From assembly GCA_002104905.1 (NCBI GenBank), contig MCFE01000388.1, positions 19,075 through 83,074 on the forward strand: a DNA stretch of 64,000 nucleotides. Direction: 5' to 3'. The notes below the pieces were generated by a model, which had not been told where the DNA came from, did no database searches, and saw only the letters and a list, made by a program, of their open reading frames with translations. Shown in pieces: positions 14,328 through 25,100 of this stretch (the stretch's first letter is position 1; each line of letters begins with the position of its first letter). This DNA is from Basidiobolus meristosporus CBS 931.73 (lineage: Eukaryota > Fungi > Basidiobolomycota). Position numbers and translations under genes: made by a program.

Positions 14328-14399
14328 GGCTCAATGGTCTAGTAGTATGATTCCTCGTTCGGGTCGAGGAGGTCCCGGGTTCAATTCCCGGTTGAGCCC
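14328..14399 (+). tRNA. tRNA-Pro(CGG), copy B
   Basis: Same 72-nt sequence as copies A, C and D. Followed only by a T4 run (GTTTTGCTACAC). Confidence 0.9.
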
Positions 14400-14545
14400 G
14401 TTTTGCTACACTAGTTTACGTATGCTTTTGTCAGCCATAATTTCATTCTTGGACCCATGAATATTCCTATGCCCTCCTAAAATCAGTGACTTCCCACTAT
14501 CAAGAATTCCCTTTAAATAGGCGATGCTGTTCACCCGAAAACCTT

Positions 14546-14713
14546 GGATCATGTGCACATGCCACGGTGATTAGGTATCTTACGGCCAAGTCACTGCCAT
14601 GATAGCTAACATAGCTATCCAAGTGCTCTAGATGGCAAGTCAACAATTAGGAACCAACTACCAGTAACCATTCATTTGGTCTGTGGGAAATTGTGCCGAA
14701 GCGTTGACCATAT
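14546..14713 (+). repeat. 168-bp conserved core, copy B (candidate structured ncRNA)
   Basis: GGATCATGTGCACATG...GCCGAAGCGTTGACCATAT; five copies in the window. Confidence 0.9.
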
Positions 14714-15103
14714 CTCTATTCTCCACCAACAACAAAGATAAATTAGCCAGGGAAACCGGTTCCATAATGGTTCGCATTGGGACAAAGATCAATGTAGACT
14801 GGATCTACATAATAGGTGCTCTACTGCAAGAGAATTCCACGAGCCATGCGGATGAATCGTCTGTGATGTGGCATGGCTTCAAGACCACTGCTGCACATAC
14901 ACAGATTGAGGGGGAATTGATCCGAGACCCTCGGTGCGCGAAATCCAGTTCCCGCGAGAACCAAATGAAAAACTGCCATTCTTGTGTAAGATTGATGGCC
15001 TAATAAAGAAATCCCTAAGCGGGACGGGGGTCAGCCAGCACAACCCTGGATCAACCCAACCTTTGCGGCCCGGCCTTCCTTTCACTTCACCCAGCCAGCC
15101 AAC

Positions 15104-16215
15104 ATGTTGGGTGCCAAACTTCACTTCACCAAACCAGGGGTTTTCTTCTTCGATGTGGACAACTGCTTGTACTCGCCGGCGCTCGGGATATACGACATGA
15201 TGTGCACCAGGTTCGGCCCTTGTTTTTCTTTTGCATTCCGAAGGAAAACCGACTAATCGATTACTCCCCTTCCCTGGATTCCCTCTTTCCCGCAACCCCC
15301 CTCCCAATGGACCGAACAGAATCCGCAGCTTTGTCAAGGAGCTGGGTATCCCTGAGGAGGAGGTCATCCCTTTGTGCAGCTCGTATTCGAAAACGTACGG
15401 GATGACGGTTCGTGGGTTGCTCAAATTTCACAGTAAGTAAATCAGCTCACGTCGCAGAACCTCCAAACCTTAATAGTTGGCCAACTAATCTGTTAACGGG
15501 TGTTCTTGTTGCTAGATATTGATCCTATGGAGTATGGTACAGTGGTTTCTAAACTGTGTTGGGAACCATGGTGAAGCTACTTCCAGCTAACTTGGATCGT
15601 TTTGGCAGACCGAAAGGTGGACGGAAGCTTGCCTTTAGAAGAATTGATTTCGCCTAATCCTGAGCTTCGTGCAATGTTACAATCGCTTCCCATGAAAAAA
15701 TGGGCCTTCACGAACGCAGCCCTTCCGGTATGGCTCGAGTCACATGACCTCACCCCCTCAACACTGAACCACGACTAACCTATGGACATGTAGCATGCCA
15801 AGCGCGTATTGAGCTTACTGGGCATAGAGGATCAGTTTCAGGGCATCACCTATTGTGACTACGCGATACCCAACTTTCTCGCCAAACCAGGTAACTTCAT
15901 AGAGAGGCGTGAGAAAATGCTGGTCGAATTCTGACCCATTCTCGTAGATCCTGAGCAATACCATGTTGCCATGGCGATGGCAGATATTCAGGACCCCAAA
16001 TTGTGCTACCTGGTGGACGATTCGGAGCCGAACATTTGCACAGCCAAGGTAAGCGCACCAAATGATGGATACATCCCAGCCTTTATTCAGATTATTCTCA
16101 GAAACTTGGCTGGACCGCTGTACGGGTTGCTACGCACGCGACGAAAACTGTTGGGGACCATCAGATCTCCGAGATAACCGAGTTGCCCAAAGTCCTGCCT
16201 GAATTGTGGGAATGA
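15104..16215 (+). CDS. SDT1: Pyrimidine 5'-nucleotidase, HAD superfamily (Sdt1/Phm8-like), multi-exon
   Basis: HAD motif I FFFDVDNCLY; YSKTYGMTVRGL; WAFTNA; GITYCDY; AKP; YLVDDSEPNICTA; ends ELPKVLPELWE*. Confidence 0.9.
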
Positions 16216-16268
16216 TGGGTGGATGGTTCAATAGACATAGGTGACATGGAATAAATAAATCCACTGGT

Positions 16269-17466
16269 TCAAGCAAAGACCTGTAGATACTCGGCAACGA
16301 ACAGCCTCATGATGAGGCTAAAATCGACCACGGAGTCGTGGTCAATGGCGCTGGCATCGTCCTAAGAATGCTCGGTGTGAATAGAGCGGTGCTGGCGAGC
16401 AGCAATGAATATCCACATTACCTTTGTTGTGTGCCATACATGGGGGAACGGTATAGGGATCAGGTGTAGAACTGGGACCCCTTTTTCAAGGAACGGCCTA
16501 TGGTCGTCATCGATCCCCGCCTCAATCACGGTGAGGGGCCCAAAGTATCCTTCGTTTTCCTCCATCAGCTCTAAATCCGCGTTCGACAGTAGTGAAAGGG
16601 CGGAGAGTTTGCGCTCGATCACCTTCAATCTTTGAAAGAAGTAGCTAGTATTGAATTGAGTGTTCAAGATATTCGACCCTTTGGCCCCGATTAGATCCAG
16701 CAACACGAAGAGCTCAATTGTTTGTAGACGAGACACTGCATCGCTTCCGATTGGATTGTGGATGTCTTGAAGCTTCGTGTTCTCCCATTTCTCCGCCAAG
16801 TGTCTGAAGGAGGCAAACGAACGTGAATAAAATAGGCAGGGGATTGGAGTGCACCGCAGAGACTACTTACCTGGCTCCATATAATGAGTCTGTTTGGGTC
16901 CAAGTTTGGAACGCCTCTTCCCCATCCAAGAAAACAAGCTCCAGAGCCAGTTCGTTGTAGCGCATTTTTTCTGAGCTCAGTAACTCGTTCAAAGCGTGGG
17001 CTATATCCAGCAGTATTGCACAGGGAACAGCAGAATCCGTGGCACCAATAAAGGTATCCGGTGGTGGAAAATACTTGGAATCAAAATGGGCGGCCAAGAC
17101 CAGCTTTCTCTTGGCGTTGGGGTTATTGGTAGCAACTATGTTGTTGAAGCTGACCACACCCATAGGGGTAGTGTCATTGAACCTATCCTCCTCTACGTGC
17201 CAATCTAACTTACGTAATTCCTCAATTAAGAAATTCTGTACCTTTAGGTTCCCCTCGGTACCAGACACCCTGGGCACCAATAAAGGCTTCAGTAGCTCCC
17301 CTTCAATACTTAGTCTTTCAGGGACAGAAAGCTTAGTGAGCTCTACAATCTGCTCGTTGGTTAGACTTACACTCTGCGAGGCATTCAGCCAGGTAAAACC
17401 AAATACTCCACTGGCAAACCAGATTGCCACCAAGAATATACTTTGACCCAAGCTTTTCGTTATCAT
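16269..17466 (-). CDS. QPCT: Glutaminyl-peptide cyclotransferase / M28 family, with N-terminal signal or anchor
   Basis: LVLAAHFDSK, GATDSAVPCA, FLDGEEAF, DSLYGAR, LFVLLDLIG, IDDDHRPF, PFPHVWHT. ATG at 17466 (the ORF-track start at 17487 is TTG). Confidence 0.92.
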
Positions 17467-17702
17467 GACCAAGAAAATACGAGCCAAGGTCTACAGGACT
17501 TGGGAATTCTTATACCTGTTAATGCTGATCGTCACACCTCCATATGACTGATTAATTGGGTAGCTAACGTGCTTGAATGTTGATTAACTCGGTGAAACAA
17601 AACGAATGTTGATCAGAAGTGACAAATTCTGGAAGATAGGCCAGTAAATGAGCGCAATAAATAAAAAATATTCGATGAGTCAGTGAGTCCACTCAAACCT
17701 CT

Positions 17703-19757
17703 ATGAACGCGTTGAGTGCCTTGGTAAAGAACAAGCAGTTCACCCGACTGAATATGAAACCATTATTTGCGGTCATCGGAACTACGGGGGTTGGAAAATC
17801 ACAGCTATCTATTGAATTGAGTAAATGTCTCGACGGAGAAGTGATAAACGGAGATTCTATGCAAGTAATGCTTCCACCAACACCGCCTGTGTGTTCTGTC
17901 GATATACAAGAGAGAGAAAAACTAACGTGGATTTGTAAGGTTTATAAAGGATATCCTATCATAACAAATAAAGTTACTACGGAAGAACAAGAGAACATCC
18001 CACACCATTTATTGGATTTTCTGGATGTTCAAAAAGAATACTCGGTGGTAGACTTTGAAAAAGACGCCCTCAAAAGTGTATCCTTTTTTACGAAATCCCG
18101 GAGTATAAATCTTGAAGCAAGATTCCCCCGATTATTCTCCTGAGAGGTAACAGATCGACTCCATCCATTCTTCAGGAAAAACACCCGTTCTTGTTGGCGG
18201 CACTCATTACTACATTCAATCGGTTATCTGGAACCAATCTCTGCTGCCGAGCAATAGCAAAACCAAGGGTGTTGAGCGAGGAAGTGGATCCGATGAAGAA
18301 TATGACCAAATCGACACAAATACCTTGTACAATAGACTAAAAGAAATAGACCCTACCATGGCGGAATACTGGCATCCGAACAATCGACGAAAAATCATTA
18401 GAAGTTTAAAGGTTGTATGCAATTGATTCGGCGTGATCCAACACTATGCTAAATAGATGCTTCTAGGTATTCGAGGAAACGGGGAAAAAACACAGCGAGT
18501 GGATCCAAGAGCAACAAAAGCTGGGAGTGCAGGAAAATAGATTAAGGTCCTGCTAATGGTTTTGATGGTCGCATGCTTGTACTAAAGGCGTACCTCTAGA
18601 TTCCCCACATGCATATTCTGGTTGTATTCTGAACCAGAAAAGCTATTCCAAAGGCTTGACGACCGGGTCGATAAGATGATCAATGTAGGGCGTTCACTCT
18701 CGTGGCTTTATTGCTATGGAAACTAACTGTGGTGCTATTTCTGAAGATGGGTTTATTTGATGAATTGGAATCAATGCGGGAGCTCATCAAGGGCAGCGAC
18801 GTAGATTTCCTTCGAGATGAGGAGGACTTTAGTCGTGGAATCAAGCAAGCAATTGGTAGTGGTTACTCGCGATGCTCCAATTGGTTCCCAGCTAACCGGG
18901 CAGCTTCCGAGATTAGGGTTCAGAGAATTCAATGAGTATTTCAAAGAATTCGAGGCAAACGGCGATTCGGGTAATTTCATTCAAGCCTCTGGCGGCCCAA
19001 GAAACCTCACCAAAGCTCATCACCCTTTTAGAGAAGTTGAGTATTCTAAAGGAGGAGGCGGTAGAGGCCATGAAGCAGAATACAAGGAAGTACTCCAAGA
19101 GGCAGATCCACTGGATTCAGAATAAGCTGATCCCCGTATATGAGAAATCCATGCACGATAGAGTCAAACTGTATCTGCTGGACGCGACAGGTATCCTAGG
19201 AAGGCTATAGCACACATGTCCATTCCTTGTATTCATGCGTTCCTTCTTGTCCCTTAGACCTTGAGAAGTGGGATGTCAATGTCAGAGAGCAAGCGATCAA
19301 GATTGCCAAAGGTACATAATAGGTATTTCCGCCACCCGCTCTCGTTCAAACGACTAATTACCTTGACAGATTTCATGGACGGCAAAGAAACACCTGAGCC
19401 CACCACTTTGAATCAATTTGCCAAAGAGCTTCTCAAGTCAAGAGAATTGAGGTAATTTTAGCGAGCCATCGCGGTCCCAGTTGCATGCTAATCAATCCCA
19501 AATATCGTAGACACGCAGGATCGGTAACGGAATGGAAGAAATATACATGCGACATATGCAAAGACTCCAAGGCCTCGAACACCCCACTAATCATCAACGG
19601 TACCATTGAATGGGAGCAACACTTAAAATCACGTAGACATCGCAAGCAACTACAGTACAACTCAAAGATTGCCAAGCTAGGCTATGATCCAAAGGAGTTT
19701 TACAAAAGCAAAAAGCGTCAGAGAGAAGTCGAGGAGCAAGAAAAGGGAGAAAGCTAG
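17703..19757 (+). CDS. MOD5: tRNA dimethylallyltransferase (i6A37) with C-terminal zinc finger, multi-exon
   Basis: P-loop VIGTTGVGKS, GEVINGDSMQ, IPHHLLDF, VGGTHYYIQS, WHPNNRRKI, TRKYSKRQIHWI; zinc finger CDIC...WEQHLKSRRH. Confidence 0.95.
18078..18153 (+). other. Probable U12-type (minor spliceosome) GT-AG intron in MOD5
   Basis: Donor GTATCCTTT matches the RTATCCTTT consensus. Removing it joins DALKS|IDSIHSSGKTPVLVGGT in frame; the alternative upstream GT does not. Confidence 0.65.
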
Positions 19758-19916
19758 AGATGCTTGATTGGAGCGAATATGGCATTCATACAGACTTGCG
19801 TTTAGTGATTAACATGAATAAAGCATTCATTCAAACTTGCGTTTAATGATTAACATCGGAATATACATACATATATAATAAACTACCAGCCAGCAATAAT
19901 TGGGTGGGTGCAGTGA

Positions 19917-21206
19917 TTAAATCAAGCCAGCTTCCAGCTGTCTCTTGAAGTACTCTACAGTCTCCTGTATCCCCTGCACCACGCTGAAGCGTGGCTCCCA
20001 ACCCAACGACTGCCTAGCTCTGGTAATATCTGGTTTGCGCCTTTGCGGGTCATCTACGGTGGCTGGCAACAACTTCAACGCCGCCTTTTTGTCAACCTGA
20101 TCACGGATAAGCTCGGCAAACTGGAGGATCGTGTACTCATCGGGATTGCCCAAGTTACAAGGCTCGGTTTGGTTCGAGTTCATTAGTAGAATCAAACCAT
20201 CCACCAGATCATGGATGTACTGGAATGATCGGGTTTGCGTGCCGCCACCGTAGATTGTGAGCTCTTCTCCCCTAAGCGCCTGCATGATGAAGTTACTTAC
20301 GACTCGTCCATCATTCTCGTTCATTCGAGGCCCGAAAGTGTTGAAGATTCGAGCCACTCGCACCTCAACATCCGCTTGGTACATGTAGGAATAAGTGAGC
20401 GTTTCTGCTACTCTCTTGCCTTCGTCGTAGCACGCACGAGGCCCGCTATGAACTCAAGTTAGCCGAGAACAAACCAAATACCACTTCGACTGAAGCTTAC
20501 ATAGGATTCACATTTCCCCAGTATTCTTCTTTCTGAGGATGCATCTCTGGGTCTCCATAAATCTCTACAAACCAACCACTCGGTTAAAACTGGTCCAAGA
20601 CCGGGATTGTAAGCGCATACCTGAGGTTGAAGCTAGCAAAAATCGGGCCTTCACTCTCTTGGCCAAGCCTAGCATATTCATGGTTCCCAACACACTTGTC
20701 TTCACAGTCTTGATAGGGTTATACTGATAGTGTGGTGGCGAGGCTGGGCAGGCCAAATGATAGATTTGGTCAACTTCGATCATGAAGGGGTCCACGACAT
20801 CGTGTCTTACGAGCTCAAAATGTGGGTGGCCAATCCAGTGCTGGACATTCCTCTTGTTGCCGGTAAAAAAATTATCTACTACGATTACCTCATGACCCAT
20901 TATCATTAGTCTGTCTACAAGATGGGAGCCTACAAAGCCTGCCCCGCCGGTAACTAGGATACGCTTCTTTTCAGAGGCTTTCAGCATCCTGATTGGTGGG
21001 AAATTTTGAAACCTGGGTAACGCCACGAGCTCTTCCGTGTTGACGGGAGCAGAGACCTTTGGTGGAAGATAGATATTCTGGAGAACAGCATGTGGCACTG
21101 TAGATTCGCCATGATCGTAGCCAACACTTTCTATGAGGCTCACGTACCCGTTCGAGTCCTGAGGGGTATTTTCAGAATCGGCCTTTGTTTGGTCTGAATA
21201 CACCAT
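19917..21206 (-). CDS. UXS1: UDP-glucuronate decarboxylase (UDP-xylose synthase)
   Basis: [45 protein letters not shown]|[35 protein letters not shown]. Confidence 0.95.
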
Positions 21207-21802
21207 GGTTTAAGTTTTGGAGTGTGTCGACTTCAGGTCGGTATGTCTTGCGTACGATCAAGTTGAGTGTACAGCCTATTGTTAAGATGACAGGAAACTG
21301 ACTAAACGATATGTAATATAGGCGGCACAGGAAGTATAGTTCTTGCAGCACAAATAGCTTGGATATGTAAGCCTGAGAGAATCGAAGTGGTGTGGGCAGC
21401 AAGTAAGGGGTTACTTGGAGGTAGAACTATATATATCAAATCACCCGAAGAGGAGCTGTATAATGATGAAGACAACAGATGAATCAATCAGACAGGATTA
21501 GCATTGTATCTAGAATATCCAAAATTCCAAATGCGTTAACTAAGCCTGATCAGGGAAATAATTCATCCACCAATGTAAATGGGAAGACAAGCTTATTGAT
21601 AGGTGATTATTGTTCACTTAAGAACGGCTTCTTCACTTCTATTTTTCATTGATAAACCATTTGAAGATTCACTGTTTTCATTTTGATGTTGAAAGATGAA
21701 ATAAGCTAGTTTCTCAGGATACGCAAGTAGTTTACTCGGGTAACCATACATAATGACCCCTGGTGTGTAGTGTTGTATATTGATAAATTTTATGAAGTAT
21801 AA

Positions 21803-21970
21803 ATATAGTCAACGCTTCGGCACAATTTCCCACAGACCAAATGAATGGTTACTGGTAGTTGGTTCCTAATTGTTGACTTGCCATCTAGAGCACTTGGATA
21901 GCTATGTTAGCTATCATGGCAGTGACTTGGCCGTAAGATACCTAATCACCGTGGCATGTGCACATGATCC
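21803..21970 (-). repeat. 168-bp conserved core, solo copy E (no tRNA nearby)
   Basis: One edge mismatch versus copy B; flanks unrelated on both sides. Confidence 0.9.
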
Positions 21971-22130
21971 GAATTGTAATAGAGTGATTTGATCATCTTT
22001 TATAATGAATGTCTACGTGAGCAGGGTATGGGATAGCAAAGAAATCATTCAATACGAATAATAAATGAGTCGGAAATATTTACATATCGCATCAATCATA
22101 TCAGATTCAGATTTAGGCTCACGATCAGAA

Positions 22131-25100
22131 TCAGAATGTTGATGTGTTGAGGGCAAATTGCGAGGGTGCTTCGTAGTCCATTTGACTGAAGGCAACCACA
22201 TATCTAAGTAAATGAAGCTGTAACCAGTCTGGAATATACTCCTCGGTGTGCGAAAAGGTCATCTTTTGTACGAGTTTGGCAATACCATATGTATCTATGG
22301 GTATATCTACAGGCAAGAGAATCTCGTCCGGCTTTTCCGAAAGCTCACAGCATTCGGTGATTTCGGCCACAAGAGTTGCTGGCAAAGGCTCCTCGTAGTC
22401 GGAGACTGAGTAAAGAAGTGTGATCTTCTTGATTTGGCCAGGATTCAGGAGTTCGCATGCTTGAAACAGGACATCGATATCTTGTACAGTATTTAACAAC
22501 GTCAACAACTTCGTGGCTTGGCGGAGTTGATCCAAATGTTGCAAATCAAGTTGCTCATAAGGAAGCCGTGAGGTCCATTCTTGCAGTTGAGTGATATTAG
22601 CTTGAATTTGGGTTCCTCGTTTCCACGAGCAGAAATTACGTCTATTCAGAGAAGGTTCAATATATATATATATTCGAGGTCTACTTTATAAAATGCCACT
22701 TACCTGGTGACGATGTTGTTAAACGCGGTGGCGCCTACGTAGTTCAGTAACTCTTCGATGATACGCTTCGCCATGGCTGGATCGACGAAGTAGCAATCCA
22801 ACAAGTTTCTCTCATGCTCCAAGAATTCAGAGACTATCTTCACAGTTGGTGGTATCATACTGTTTCTAGCATTGGTCATGATTTTCTTGAAAAAGCCCGA
22901 CTCCTGAACAAAGTACTCCATCAAAGGTTGGCTCTCGATGATTCCTGGGACAATGAGTCGACTAATACGTTTCTTCAGATCTTGCAGGAGAAGATTGTAG
23001 ATTTTCACAATTAGTTCCTCTAGCGTCTCCTTCATCTTGATCACCACCTTGGCTGGGTCCAGATAATCGGAGCTGTATCTCACGGAGTTCGGGTTCTGAC
23101 TCTGATAACGCTGATCTATGTCGACAATCCCTTGCAGCAAATACACACTATTTGCAAGCCAGTAATGAGCAACGTTTTCAAATTTGGCCGGCTCAGCTTT
23201 CAGGATCAACCCCTCGATGATTTGAGTCGATTGAGTCAGCAGCCTTCTCATCTCAAGCCCCAAATTATACACCCAGAACTGCTCCACACAAGTGCATATG
23301 AGATGTGCCGGGTACAATATCTCGGAGCGGGAAAGTGCTGATCGAGGTCCATCTTGGATCGGGATTTCCGATTCTCGCAGCAACTCTTCAATCTCGTTGA
23401 CTAGGCCCTCACTCTCCAAGATCGATGCAGTGTGTGCACTATTTCTAATGCCTGTAAGGGCTCCAAATGTCGCTCTTCTAGCAGATGCAATTTCCTCGTT
23501 GTACAGAGCTGCCGTCTGAGGGTTACTGAATTCTGGCAGCACTATTTCCTCACATGATTTCGTGGATTCAGTAGAGCCACTCTGCCACGAGTTGTGGCCA
23601 TCGTGAATCACTTCTGAGGTCAGCACCTCTTCTTGGCCATTCACTCCGTTCACACTTTCATAACTTGAATCACCCGTCATGCCAGACATCCTCTTTGTCT
23701 TCTGCAGCTCTTTTTTGATATTGGCGAATTCAGCCTTGAGCAAACTCAATTCCTCTTCTCTCAGCTCCAGGCTCTCGATCAATTGCTGACGCTCCAGAGA
23801 TAAGGCGGTGTTTTCGTTCTGAAGGCAGATCTTTTCTTCGATGTGTCTGGCAATCTCCTCCTCCAACTCACCGTTTCTGGCGGCAAAATCGTCACATCTG
23901 TGTTTCCAATGATCAACTTGATCATTTTCAATCTGGGTTTTAGAAATCTCGTCACGGTCCACTGCTTCAACATTGTCAGCGATTTCAATGAACGGAACGG
24001 AGGCTAATTCTATGGTAGGCGACTTGGGCTCTTCCGAAGATGCAGAGGTGCTCTCTGCATCTCTGCGAAGCCCATCCAAGTGGGCTTGAGCTAGAGAACG
24101 TCGGATGCAAGATTGAAGTAGCACAACGAGCCTGACCTGCCTTGCATAATCGCGTTCAGCAGTCAACCGACGATAATGTTTTTGGATTGTCGTAGCTGCC
24201 TTGTGCTGTTTAAGCTCAAGGACCTGTTTGACAGCGAAGTGCCTTCGAACAACGGTCTGAACCCTCGATATGGAGCGTAGATCATGCCGGAACTGTGACC
24301 TCTGGTGCACCATTTTCCAGTTCTTTTGTATACGTGTGGCAGCTTGGTTTTCACGCAGTTTCCGTACGAACAAACGCGCCAGTTTACAACGTGCATGTGA
24401 TTGTAAGATAATGGTATGTGCTCGGAGGACCTTATAATTTCTTTGAGCAAAATACCGGCGGATGTTGCTCTGTATTCTGCACGCAGAGCTGTTCAATTTC
24501 GTTGACCTTAATTTCTCCAGGTAAGCTAACTGGCCTGCCTGGAAAAATACTTTGGTGCGTCCAAGCTGATACTTTTCCTCGTCCTTTAGAGTAGACACCA
24601 AAAGGCTTTTAGAAAATTTGGTTGTATCCTTGAAATTCCACTGTGATGATGGGGCCAGCAGGTAGTAACGGTCCACAAACTCGTTTAAGGATCTTCTAGA
24701 CGGATAACCTTGACAACTGATACGAATTGTCTCCAATACACCGCAGGCTCTCAGTTGTGAAAGAACCATCTGGGAGTCAAAATGCCAAGGCTTCTTTTCC
24801 TCATTGGGCTTTATGCAACGAATATAGTGGACATTGGTAGAGCTAATGGTCTCCATCAGGTTGACAAGTGAGCCTTTGAACGTAGAACCTAGAGTTTTCT
24901 TGACGTTCCCGGTGGTAGGGCTTCTTCCATTCTTTGGAGAGTTAGAAGGGGGCTCGTTGTTGGCCGTAATGATCTCCTTCAAGAAACCGAACTTGGTGGC
25001 CATCAAAACCTGGATCAACTCATCGGAGATGGTGTCCTTGTTCTTCTCCAAGAATCCGTTCACTTCGTAGGTAACATCGTGAGCGTAGTGGCAAATGGTA

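Larger units (their letters stand above)
13780..14820 (+). repeat. Copy B of the tRNA-Pro/core locus (likely source copy, upstream of SDT1)
   Basis: Shares upstream flank with copy A. Shares tRNA, trailer and core with copies at 28716 and 57263. Confidence 0.9.

Noticed and set aside
14460-14470. ATATTCCTA matches the snR30/U17 m1 motif
   Set aside because: It lies in the spacer, is lost in copy D, and has no correctly placed AAACCAT m2 and ACA box.
14690-14720. Resemblance of the core end (AAATTGTGCCGAAGCGTTGACCATAT; GCTTCGGC on the minus strand) to U6 snRNA
   Set aside because: No ACAGAGA box or AGC triad, and the two similarities lie on opposite strands.
8119-19757. TRM7, SDT1 and MOD5 near tRNA genes as a tRNA-metabolism cluster
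   Set aside because: Interspersed with unrelated housekeeping genes; chance adjacency cannot be excluded without synteny data.
21800-21812. ATATAGTC resembles the group I intron S element
   Set aside because: No P, Q or R elements and no host exon.
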